From Candidatus Falkowbacteria bacterium (GTDB taxonomy: Bacteria > Patescibacteriota > Patescibacteriia > Patescibacteriales > UBA12075): 64,000 nucleotides of DNA. Location of the stretch: the NCBI GenBank assembly GCA_043801965.1, contig JAZDLN010000027.1:14479-78478 (forward strand), written 5' to 3'. The notes under the pieces were generated by a model. That model was not told the origin of the DNA. It saw only the letters and a list, made by a program, of their open reading frames with translations, and searched no databases. Of this stretch, positions 36,588 to 44,840 are shown piece after piece (within the stretch, counting starts at the first letter, position 1; the number at the start of each line of letters is the position of its first letter). Position numbers and translations under genes: made by a program.

Positions 36588-37736
36588 ATGTCAAAACTGA
36601 AAAGAAATCTAAAAAGGCTTTTGAACTCCGGAAACACCGGACACGAACCGGATAAAAGTTTGCTCGCGGTTATCTTTATAATACTTATTTTCGGCCTGAT
36701 CTCGTTATCAAGCGCTTCTTCGGTGGTAGCCTACGCGAAGTTCGGGGACGCTTATCATTATTTTAAAAACCAGCTTTTCGGTCTTGCGCTTGGATTGGGG
36801 GCGTTTTGGTTTTTTTCCCGGGTGGATTATCATTTATGGCGCAAATACGCTTTCGGCTTTCTGGTATCATCGATCGTTTTACTGCTTCTCGTTTTTATCC
36901 CCGGTCTGGCCGTCGATTACGGCACGGCCTCCAGCTGGATAACCGTTTTCGGGCATTCACTGCAACCTTCCGAGCTCGTGAAAATATCCTTTCTTCTTTA
37001 CCTGGCCGCCTGGCTCGAAACCAGAAAAGAGGAACTGGGAGACGTTTCCCGCGGCATCGGTCCCTTTCTGGTGGTTTTAGGGATTATTACCTTTTTGATG
37101 ATAAAACAGCCCGATATCGGTACGCTGTCGATCATAGCGATTACCTCATTGATCGTTTATTTCGTCGGCGGGGGGCAATTAAAGCATATATTACTGATTT
37201 TTCTCATTGGCGCCGTCGGCTTCGCCGTTATGGTGCAGTTACGGCCATATCAGTTGCAACGTTTCCAGTGCATGTTCGATCCCGGTTTTGATAAAGTCAA
37301 AACCTGCTATCAGGTTAACCAATCCCTGATCGCGGTCGGTTCGGGCGGTGTTTTCGGCCGGGGGTTGGGCGAGTCGCGGCAGAAATTCATGTACCTGCCG
37401 GAGATCCAGGGCGATTCTATTTTTGCGGTTATCGCCGAGGAAACCGGATTGATAGTAAGTTCTCTTTTTATAGCCTGCTATTTGTATTTTTTTTATCGCG
37501 GATTGCTTGTCGCCCGGTCCGCGCCCGACGATTTCGGACGGATCCTGGCGATCGGCATAGTGAGCTGGATCGTTATCCAGGCGCTTATCAATATCGGCGG
37601 AATAGTGAATCTTTTGCCTATGACCGGCGTTCCCTTGCCCCTGGTAAGCTACGGCGGCTCGGCTTTGCTGGCGGCTTTGTCGGCCTGCGGGATACTGGTT
37701 AATATTTCAAAGCAAACCAAAACCCGTAATATGTAA
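36588..37736 (+). CDS. ftsW: SEDS-family peptidoglycan polymerase FtsW
   Basis: FtsW/RodA 10-TM pattern (QPSELVK, PDIGT, LPMTGVPLPLVSYGGS). mraY-ftsW-murG context. Confidence 0.88.
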   Translation: MSKLKRNLKRLLNSGNTGHEPDKSLLAVIFIILIFGLISLSSASSVVAYAKFGDAYHYFKNQLFGLALGLGAFWFFSRVDYHLWRKYAFGFLVSSIVLLLLVFIPGLAVDYGTASSWITVFGHSLQPSELVKISFLLYLAAWLETRKEELGDVSRGIGPFLVVLGIITFLMIKQPDIGTLSIIAITSLIVYFVGGGQLKHILLIFLIGAVGFAVMVQLRPYQLQRFQCMFDPGFDKVKTCYQVNQSLIAVGSGGVFGRGLGESRQKFMYLPEIQGDSIFAVIAEETGLIVSSLFIACYLYFFYRGLLVARSAPDDFGRILAIGIVSWIVIQALINIGGIVNLLPMTGVPLPLVSYGGSALLAALSACGILVNISKQTKTRNM

Positions 37737-37746
37737 TTATAAAAAT

Positions 37747-38862
37747 ATGCCAAACAGGAATAAAAGGATAATTTTTAGCGGCGGCGGGACAGGGGGGTCG
37801 GTAACGCCTCTTTTGGCGATCGCCGAAGAGCTCAGAGAACGGGAGATCGGGGGTAACGCGGCTTTTCTTTATGAATTTTTGTGGCTGGGCACGAAAAAGG
37901 GGCCGGAAAAAGCCATGGTGGAGCCGGTTGGCATCGAATTCAAAGCGATCGCGAGCGGCAAATTGCGGCGTTATTTCAGCTGGAAGAATTTTATCGATCC
38001 GTTTTTCGTGGGTTGGGGCTTTTTGCAGTCGCTTTTCATATTGGCGCGCTGGCGGCCGGATCTCATAATCGCCGCCGGCGGATTCGTCTGCGCGCCGGTA
38101 GTTTGGGCGACGTACTTCCTCCGGATCCCGGTCATAATACACCAGCAGGACGCCCGGCCCGGCATGGCTAATAAACTTATGGCCCCGTTCGCGAGAGTCG
38201 TTACGGTTACCATGGAGACATCGCTTGAAGATTACGGAAAAAAGGCCGTCTGGATAGGAAATCCGGTGCGCCGGGAGATAATCCGCTCTAAATACGGAGT
38301 GCATGACACGGCCGGGAAATTTACCTTAAGCGAAGATCTGCCCGTTATCCTGGTTTTGGGCGGCGGTACCGGCGCCGAAGCCATTAACCGGCTGATAGAA
38401 GCTAATATCGAAAAACTGATCACCTTCGCGCAGGTGATCCACCTGACCGGACCGGGCAAATCTCAGGTTTTATGGAAAGTGGATGAGCGATACGCCAAGC
38501 ACTACCGGCGCTTCGAGTTTTTAAGCGTCGAAAGGATGGCCATGGCCTACGCGGTCGCCGATATCGTGGTTTCGCGTTGCGGCATGGGCGTCCTGACCGA
38601 ACTTTCTTATTTAGGCAAGGCTTCGATCTTGATCCCGATGCCTGATTCGCACCAGGAAGACAACGCCCGGGTCTTCGCGGAAAAAGAAGCGGCGGTCGCG
38701 CTTGATCAAAACGGTCTTACCGGCGAGATTCTCCTCGCGAACATAAGGAAACTGCTTTTATACTCGGATTTGCGCGATAAATTGCGCAACAATATCCGGC
38801 AGGTGATCAAAAGAGGCGCTAACGAGAGAATGGTTGAAATAATTGAGGGGATTTTGAAGTAA
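37747..38862 (+). CDS. murG: UDP-GlcNAc:lipid I N-acetylglucosaminyltransferase MurG
   Basis: GGGTGGSVTPLLAIAEEL N-terminal motif, HQQDARPG, C-terminal GT28 domain. Confidence 0.92.
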   Translation: MPNRNKRIIFSGGGTGGSVTPLLAIAEELREREIGGNAAFLYEFLWLGTKKGPEKAMVEPVGIEFKAIASGKLRRYFSWKNFIDPFFVGWGFLQSLFILARWRPDLIIAAGGFVCAPVVWATYFLRIPVIIHQQDARPGMANKLMAPFARVVTVTMETSLEDYGKKAVWIGNPVRREIIRSKYGVHDTAGKFTLSEDLPVILVLGGGTGAEAINRLIEANIEKLITFAQVIHLTGPGKSQVLWKVDERYAKHYRRFEFLSVERMAMAYAVADIVVSRCGMGVLTELSYLGKASILIPMPDSHQEDNARVFAEKEAAVALDQNGLTGEILLANIRKLLLYSDLRDKLRNNIRQVIKRGANERMVEIIEGILK

Positions 38863-38875
38863 GAAGTCAGATCAA

Positions 38876-38927
38876 CCCTCTCCCGCGCGGATGCGGGGGA
38901 GAGGGTGGCCGAAGGCCGGGTGAGGGC
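38876..38927. repeat. REP-like GC-rich element: CCCTCTCC...GGAGAGGG hairpin plus conserved 31-mer
   Basis: gggagagggtggccgaaggccgggtgagggc (38897-38927) is identical to 53108-53138. Confidence 0.85.
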
Positions 38928-38930
38928 AAG

Positions 38931-38963
38931 AAAACAAAAAAAGCCCGCGTATTTTACGCGGGC
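38931..38963 (-). terminator. rho-independent terminator of the small minus-strand gene
   Basis: gcccgcgt-atttt-acgcgggc stem-loop. The plus-strand A-run reads as a T-run on the minus strand. Confidence 0.75.
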
Positions 38964-38999
38964 GGCAGGACACTTATTGTCCCAGTAACCATTTTTCTA

Positions 39000-39176
39000 T
39001 TATTTTTTTTCTTTTAAAAATTTTATTATTGGCGAGATCACTGTTAGCGCCGCAAGTAGTACACCGATGGCCATCGGCACGTACCCGACGGTCAGGTAGC
39101 AGATAGTCCAGAAAAGCGTTGTAACACAGACCGCGGCCACTGTCCAGCCGATCATTCTTTTCTGTAAAGCAGTCAT
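39000..39176 (-). CDS. small 2-TM membrane protein (58 aa)
   Basis: Hand-translated MTALQKRMIGWTVAAVCVTTLFWTICYLTVGYVPMAIGVLLAALTVISPIIKFLKEKK. AGGAGG lies 6 nt upstream of the ATG and a terminator follows. Below the ORF-track cutoff. Confidence 0.6.
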   Translation of the reverse strand: MTALQKRMIGWTVAAVCVTTLFWTICYLTVGYVPMAIGVLLAALTVISPIIKFLKEKK

Positions 39177-39266
39177 GTTTTCCCTCCTATTTGGCTAATG
39201 ATGGATTGGTTTTCAAGGTTCCGTAAAATAATTTTATATATTATCATGAAATAGTTTATTTGTCAA

Positions 39267-40580
39267 ATGAATTGCGATCTCATAATAAAAGCCAAATATG
39301 TTTTACCGATGGATGAAAAACAGTCCGTGATCAGGGACGGCATGGTTGTTGTCGACAAGAATAAGATCGCGGCGGTCGGGACCGAGGCTGAGCTTAAGGA
39401 TAAATATGAAGCCGGAGAAACGATCGACGCGGGAAACGGCATAACCATGCCGGGAATGATAAATACGCATACGCACGCGGCCATGAGTTATTTTCGCGGC
39501 CTGGCCGACGACCTGCCCCTCTCCGATTGGCTAGAGGAACATATCTGGCCGGCAGAGGCGAAATTCGTCAACGCGGATTTTGTCAGGCGGGCCTCGGAAT
39601 TAGCCATACTAGAGATGATCAAATCCGGCATTACCTGCTTTAATGATATGTATTTTTTCGAAGAGGCGGTCGCGTCCGTGGCTAAAACAGCCGGCATCAG
39701 GGCCGTAATCGGAGAGGGTATACTGGACTTTCCGTCGCCCAGCGCGAAAACTCCGGCGGAAGCCATAAAAAAAACCGCCGAGCTTATAAGTGAGTTTAAA
39801 AACGAAGAATTGATCACGGCCGCCTTCGCGCCGCATTCTGTTTACGCCTGCGGCGAAGAATGTCTGGTAAAAATAAAAGAGCTGGCTGAAAAATACAACG
39901 CATTGATCCATATTCATGTCGCCGAAACAAAAAAAGAAGCCGATGATTGCCGGGAAAAATACGGCCGATCGCCGGTTGAATATTTAAACAGTTTAGGATT
40001 TTTATCTCCCCGCGTGATCGCGGCCCACAGCGTCTGGCTTGACGAAAACGATCTTTGTATTTATAAAGAGAGGGGAGTAAAAGTCAGCCATAATCCGGTC
40101 AGCAACATGAAATTGGCTTCCGGGGTAGCGCCGATTCCGGCTATGTTAAAGAAGGGAATAATCGTCGGCTTGGGAACGGACGGCGCGGCCAGCAATAACA
40201 CGCTTGATATGTTTTCGGAAATGCGCGCGGCCTCCCTGCTCCACAAGACCGTTAATATGGACCCGACTGTCCTAAGCGCGAGAGAAACCGTAAAAATGGC
40301 CACTATCGACGCGGCCCGGGTCTTGGGCTTAGACGGTAAAACCGGTTCACTTGAGGCAGGCAAACGGGCCGATTTTATTACGATCAATTTGGATAAACCT
40401 CATCTGGCCCCGATGTATGATCCGTATTCCCACTTAGTGTACTGCGCTAACGCCGCTGATGTGGACAATGTCGTTATTAATGGTAAAATAATAATGCGTA
40501 ATCGGGTAGTTAAGACTATGGAGGAGGAGAGGATTTTGGCCGAAGCCAATGAATTTAGTGAAGATAAAGTAAAAATTTAA
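39267..40580 (+). CDS. mtaD: amidohydrolase, 5-methylthioadenosine/S-adenosylhomocysteine deaminase-like
   Basis: MPGMINTHTHAAMSYFRGLADDLPLSDWLEEHIWPAE metal-binding HxH motif and the overall MtaD/TM0936-like pattern. Confidence 0.78.
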   Translation: MNCDLIIKAKYVLPMDEKQSVIRDGMVVVDKNKIAAVGTEAELKDKYEAGETIDAGNGITMPGMINTHTHAAMSYFRGLADDLPLSDWLEEHIWPAEAKFVNADFVRRASELAILEMIKSGITCFNDMYFFEEAVASVAKTAGIRAVIGEGILDFPSPSAKTPAEAIKKTAELISEFKNEELITAAFAPHSVYACGEECLVKIKELAEKYNALIHIHVAETKKEADDCREKYGRSPVEYLNSLGFLSPRVIAAHSVWLDENDLCIYKERGVKVSHNPVSNMKLASGVAPIPAMLKKGIIVGLGTDGAASNNTLDMFSEMRAASLLHKTVNMDPTVLSARETVKMATIDAARVLGLDGKTGSLEAGKRADFITINLDKPHLAPMYDPYSHLVYCANAADVDNVVINGKIIMRNRVVKTMEEERILAEANEFSEDKVKI

Positions 40581-40735
40581 AATGTAAATCTCAAAATTAA
40601 AAATGACAATGTAAAATTCAAAATTAATGCCGTAAAAGTATTTTGAGCGTTATCTGGTCTAAGACAAAAAATTTTACACTTTGATTTGCCATTTTACATT
40701 TTGAGATTTGATTTTTGCATTTTTGAAAAGCGCCT
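40581..40735. repeat. AT-rich long imperfect inverted repeat (units AATGTAAAAT / ATTTTACATT)
   Basis: For example attttgagattt on the right arm is the exact complement of aaatctcaaaat on the left arm. attttacatt / aatgtaaaat modules occur on both arms. Confidence 0.65.
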
Positions 40736-40768
40736 TTAGTCCCGACTAAATATTACAAATCTATAAAT

Positions 40769-42172
40769 ATGCCAGATAAATCCAAGAAAATACATATCAT
40801 CGGCATCGAGGGCGCGGGGACCTCGGCTTTGGCGCGAATGTACCATAAGCTGGGGCATGCTGTTTCCGGCTCGGATGAGGGCGACCATTTTTATTACGAC
40901 CTGCTTAAGGGCGAAGGAATAGAGGTATTCCATGAATTTAGCGCGGGCAATATCCCAAAGAACGTTGATTTAATAATATATTCCAGCGCTTTCAAGCCGG
41001 AAACGAACGGAGAACTTAAGGCCGCTTTGGCGAGCGGCAAAAAGACCATAACATACGCCGAAGCATTAGGAAATCTTTTGAACGAAAAATTCGGCATCGC
41101 GGTCGCGGGTTCACACGGCAAGACCACGACCACGGCCTGGCTCGCCTTCGTTATGGAAAGATCCGGTTTGTCGCCCTCCGCCATCATCGGCGCGAAAGTG
41201 CCGCAGTTAGGCGGCAGTTCTTTGGCGGGATATTCGGATTATTTCGTTATCGAAGCGGACGAATACCAGAATAAATTCCGGTTCTACAATCCGAAAGCCA
41301 TACTGCTTAATAATATCGATTATGACCACCCGGATTTTTTTCCAACCCCCGAAGATTACGAAAAAGCTTTTATCGAATTCATAAAAAGAATACCGACCAA
41401 AGGATTTCTGATCGCTAACTACGACGATCCGATAATCCGGAAGACGGCTTACGTCAACTGCCGCGGACGCGTGATCACTTACGGCCTAACGGCCGCGGCC
41501 GATTACGTGGCTTACGACATAAGGCAGAGCGAAGAGGGTAAGCAATATTTCCGGGTAAAACTCGGATCGGAGAATCTTACCCTCGAAGACGATGAGGACG
41601 CGGGACCCGATGAATTAGGGGAATTTTCCATCAAGCTGTCCGGGCGGCACAATATTTCAAACGCCCTGGCCGTGATCGCCGCTTCCGTTGAACTTAACAT
41701 CGAACTGGTTAAGATCAGGACCTATCTCGAAGAATTTACGGGCACTAATAGGCGGATGGAGATAATGGGAAAATTCCGGGGCGCGGTCATTATCGACGAT
41801 TACGCCCATCATCCGGCCGAGATCAGGGCCACTCTGGCCGGAGCGCGGGAAGTTTACCGGAACAAAAGACTGATCGTCGTCTTCCATCCTCATACATTCA
41901 CCCGCACCAAGGCGCTGTTGGACGGTTTCGCCGGCAGTTTCGGAGCCGCCGACGAGGTCATAATACTCGATATCTTCGGTTCGGCCCGGGAGAAGCAAGG
42001 CGGCGTCCACTCGCTCGATCTTGTAAAAAAGATTAAAAACCAGCCGGCTAAGCATATCTCCACGCTGGAAGAATGCGAAAAATATCTGCGAGAAAATATC
42101 GGCGCCGGCGACGCGGTAATACTCATGGGCGCGGGCGACGTTTATAAGATAGGGGAGAGATTGGTGAAATAA
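40769..42172 (+). CDS. murC: UDP-N-acetylmuramate--L-alanine ligase
   Basis: IHIIGIEGAGTSALA, GSHGKTTTT P-loop, Mur ligase middle and C-terminal domains. Confidence 0.92.
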   Translation: MPDKSKKIHIIGIEGAGTSALARMYHKLGHAVSGSDEGDHFYYDLLKGEGIEVFHEFSAGNIPKNVDLIIYSSAFKPETNGELKAALASGKKTITYAEALGNLLNEKFGIAVAGSHGKTTTTAWLAFVMERSGLSPSAIIGAKVPQLGGSSLAGYSDYFVIEADEYQNKFRFYNPKAILLNNIDYDHPDFFPTPEDYEKAFIEFIKRIPTKGFLIANYDDPIIRKTAYVNCRGRVITYGLTAAADYVAYDIRQSEEGKQYFRVKLGSENLTLEDDEDAGPDELGEFSIKLSGRHNISNALAVIAASVELNIELVKIRTYLEEFTGTNRRMEIMGKFRGAVIIDDYAHHPAEIRATLAGAREVYRNKRLIVVFHPHTFTRTKALLDGFAGSFGAADEVIILDIFGSAREKQGGVHSLDLVKKIKNQPAKHISTLEECEKYLRENIGAGDAVILMGAGDVYKIGERLVK

Positions 42173-42257
42173 TTTTTAAATTTTATAATTTTTAATTTTT
42201 AAACAAGACGGCTAATCACGATTTTTTAAAAATTACAAAATTTAAAAATTTGTCAGT
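42173..42257. repeat. AT-rich imperfect inverted repeat (murC-murB spacer)
   Basis: aatttttaaattttataatttttaatttttaaa versus tttaaaaattacaaaatttaaaaattt. Confidence 0.6.
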
Positions 42258-43205
42258 ATGTCTATTACGGACAAAATAAAAACCAAAGTGCCTCTGGCGC
42301 CGTATACCACCTTTAAGATCGGCGGTCCGGCGGATTTTTTCGTTGAAATAGAAGCCAAGGACGAGCTCGAAGAAGCTTTCGGCTGGGCCAAAGAAAAAAA
42401 CCTGCCTTTTTATTTTCTGGGCGGTGGCAGTAATATGCTCATAAGCGACAAAGGACTTCGCGGTCTGACCATAAAGCTTTGCAACAAAGGGATTGACGTT
42501 CGCGGAGAGCGGCTTTATTGCGGGGCGGGGGCGAGTCTGGCCCAGGCGGCTCAAGCGGCCACCGGCCATAAATTTTCCGGATTGGAATGGGCCTATGGCA
42601 TTCCCCGGGCGACCGTGGGCGGCGCCATCCGCGGCAATGCCGAAGCCTTCGGTACCAATATGTCGGATCTGACCGAAACTGTGGAGGTTTATAACGCGAA
42701 GAAAAAACGATTCGAAATGTACAGCAAAAAAGACTGCAAATTCGAATATCGGGGAAGCATATTCAAAAAGAACAGCCACCTTCTTATCTGGCAGGGAACG
42801 TTAAAGCTTTTCCCCGCGGACGGAGCGGAAATAGATAATAAAGTCGAAAAGGTATTGGGATTCAGGAACGCCAAACAGCCTAAGCTTCCCAGCGCCGGCT
42901 GCATTTTTAAGAACGTATCCGCCGATTATCTTAAAGAAAGCAACCCTGAACTATATTCCCGGGCAGACCGGGCGATAAGCCCCAGGGGAGAAGTGAGCGC
43001 CGGCTGGCTTATAGATTCGGCGGGTCTTAAAGGCAAGACGATCGGTGGGGCGAAAATCAGCCTTGAGCACGCTAATTTCATAATCAACATCGGCAAAGCC
43101 ACCGCCGAAGATATCGTAACTCTTATTAGCTATACCAAACAGCAGGTTCGGGATAAATTCCGGATACAGCTTGCGGAGGAAATCGGGTATCTGGGGTTCG
43201 AATAG
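42258..43205 (+). CDS. murB: UDP-N-acetylenolpyruvoylglucosamine reductase
   Basis: LAPYTTFKIGGPADFFVE FAD-binding start, GGGSNML, C-terminal MurB domain. Confidence 0.92.
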   Translation: MSITDKIKTKVPLAPYTTFKIGGPADFFVEIEAKDELEEAFGWAKEKNLPFYFLGGGSNMLISDKGLRGLTIKLCNKGIDVRGERLYCGAGASLAQAAQAATGHKFSGLEWAYGIPRATVGGAIRGNAEAFGTNMSDLTETVEVYNAKKKRFEMYSKKDCKFEYRGSIFKKNSHLLIWQGTLKLFPADGAEIDNKVEKVLGFRNAKQPKLPSAGCIFKNVSADYLKESNPELYSRADRAISPRGEVSAGWLIDSAGLKGKTIGGAKISLEHANFIINIGKATAEDIVTLISYTKQQVRDKFRIQLAEEIGYLGFE

Positions 43206-43389
43206 ATTATCGGACAAGTCTGTTTTTTTTAATTTAAGATTATTTTTTCAAATATCCGAATTAAAATAAGATTAGAAAAACCCGTTTTTTGTCAAAAAGG
43301 GTTTTTTTGTTTTTATGGCTGATATTAAATATATTATTATGTTTATTTAATTGTTTTTTGTCAATAAAATAATTTAACTGATTGCATAC

Positions 43390-43418
43390 TTGACTAATAT
43401 AAAAATTCGTGCTATATT
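43390..43418 (+). promoter_or_regulatory. sigma70-type promoter
   Basis: TTGACT, 17-nt spacer, TATATT. Predicted leader of about 100 nt. Confidence 0.62.
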
Positions 43419-43525
43419 AGTAGCAACAAAATAAATTTATAAAAAAAGTATAATAATTTCATGACAAACTACGTGAATTAAATGCGTAACAAGTCGGCCC
43501 ATGTCTTGAGCGCGCGTATAAAAAT

Positions 43526-44746
43526 ATGGATAATATCTCTATTCTTGATCAAATCATCAACAACCAGAAAGCCGAAGAGGTGGCTAATCTGGATGCTGTC
43601 ATGATCATCAACAATTTATTCGGTGAATTATCCGACCGGGAACGCGACGTATTAATAAGAAGGCATGGATTGCACGGGGACACGAAAGAAACGCTTGAGA
43701 GCATCGGCAGTGCTCACAATTTAACGCGGGAGAGGATCAGGCAAATTGAAACCTCAAGCGTTAAAAAACTGCAATCGCTCGACAATCTTGATGAATATGT
43801 CAGCGGTCTTAAAAAAGTTATCTATCAGCTCATGGAAGAACACGGCGGTTTGATGGAAAAGGAGTACCTGCTTGAACTATTGGTTTCTTTTTCCGCCAGC
43901 AACATCAACACCGAGGATGAAAATAGGGACAAACACAAGAATTACCTGAATTTTCTGATCACGAAACTGTTGCATCAGGAATTTGAAGAAGTTAACAACC
44001 TGAAACATTTTAAGGAATCTTATAAATTAAAGCATCAGACTCTTGAGCACATGGAGGAATTGGCCGAAGAACTGCTTAACGGCATAAAAGAAGCCAAAAA
44101 GATCCATACTACGGAAAATATCATCAAATTTATAACGGAATTGGAGTCTTATGATAAGCATAAAGAAAAACTTAACAGGGAAAACACCATCGATATTTCC
44201 CATGTTTTGGGCTCCGAGCATTTTACGGAAGCGGCCGACCTGGTTAACGACAACAAGCCCCTCTACTCGATGTTAAAAGCTTTTCGCAGGATAGAACAGA
44301 ATAATTTCGGTCACTGGGGGATAAACAATTGGCGGGAAATCAAGCCTAAGACCATTAACGATAAGATCTACCTGGTCCTAAAACACTCGGGCAAGCCGAT
44401 GCATTTTTCAAAAATCGCCGATCGGATCAACGAGGTTAGTTTCGACAATAAGATCGCTAACGCGGCCACGGTACACAACGAACTTATCCTGGACGGCAAG
44501 TACGTTTTAGTCGGCAGAGGGTTATACGGACTTAAAGACTGGGGTTATAAAAGCGGCAACGTATTGGATGTTATCGAAGAAATACTGGAAGAAGCGGGGG
44601 GGCCGTTAACCCGTGATGAATTGATCGACCGCGTACTTAAAAGGCGTCTGGTCAAAAAGGCCACTATTATACTGGCCCTGATGAACAAGGATAAATTCAG
44701 TAAAATTGACGGCCGGTATTTTGTCAGCAAGAAGGAAAATATGTAA
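43526..44746 (+). CDS. sigma-70 region-4-only domain fused to HARE-HTH-like C-terminal domains
   Basis: LSDRERDVLIRRHGL...ETLESIGSAHNLTRERIRQIETSSVKKLQ matches RpoD region 4.2. No region 2 is present. C-terminus has KIYLVLKHSGKPMHFSKIADRI...VLVGRGLYGLKDW (HARE-HTH pattern). Confidence 0.7.
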   Translation: MDNISILDQIINNQKAEEVANLDAVMIINNLFGELSDRERDVLIRRHGLHGDTKETLESIGSAHNLTRERIRQIETSSVKKLQSLDNLDEYVSGLKKVIYQLMEEHGGLMEKEYLLELLVSFSASNINTEDENRDKHKNYLNFLITKLLHQEFEEVNNLKHFKESYKLKHQTLEHMEELAEELLNGIKEAKKIHTTENIIKFITELESYDKHKEKLNRENTIDISHVLGSEHFTEAADLVNDNKPLYSMLKAFRRIEQNNFGHWGINNWREIKPKTINDKIYLVLKHSGKPMHFSKIADRINEVSFDNKIANAATVHNELILDGKYVLVGRGLYGLKDWGYKSGNVLDVIEEILEEAGGPLTRDELIDRVLKRRLVKKATIILALMNKDKFSKIDGRYFVSKKENM

Positions 44747-44770
44747 ATATCAAATTGACATAAAAGAGCG

Positions 44771-44802
44771 ATACGACCCTTACGTGGGTCGTATTGTTTT
44801 TT
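44771..44802 (+). terminator. rho-independent terminator
   Basis: atacgaccc-ttacgt-gggtcgtat stem-loop plus T-run. Confidence 0.75.
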
Positions 44803-44840
44803 GCGTAGGGAATATGGTATAATATAAATCAGGTAATATT

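Noticed and set aside
37699-38304. 201-aa minus-strand ORF and several 65-96-aa ORFs overlapping murG
   Set aside because: They are antisense or alternative frames of a full-length, motif-complete MurG gene.
42216-42779. 187-aa minus-strand ORF overlapping murB
   Set aside because: Antisense to a motif-complete MurB gene. No independent signals.
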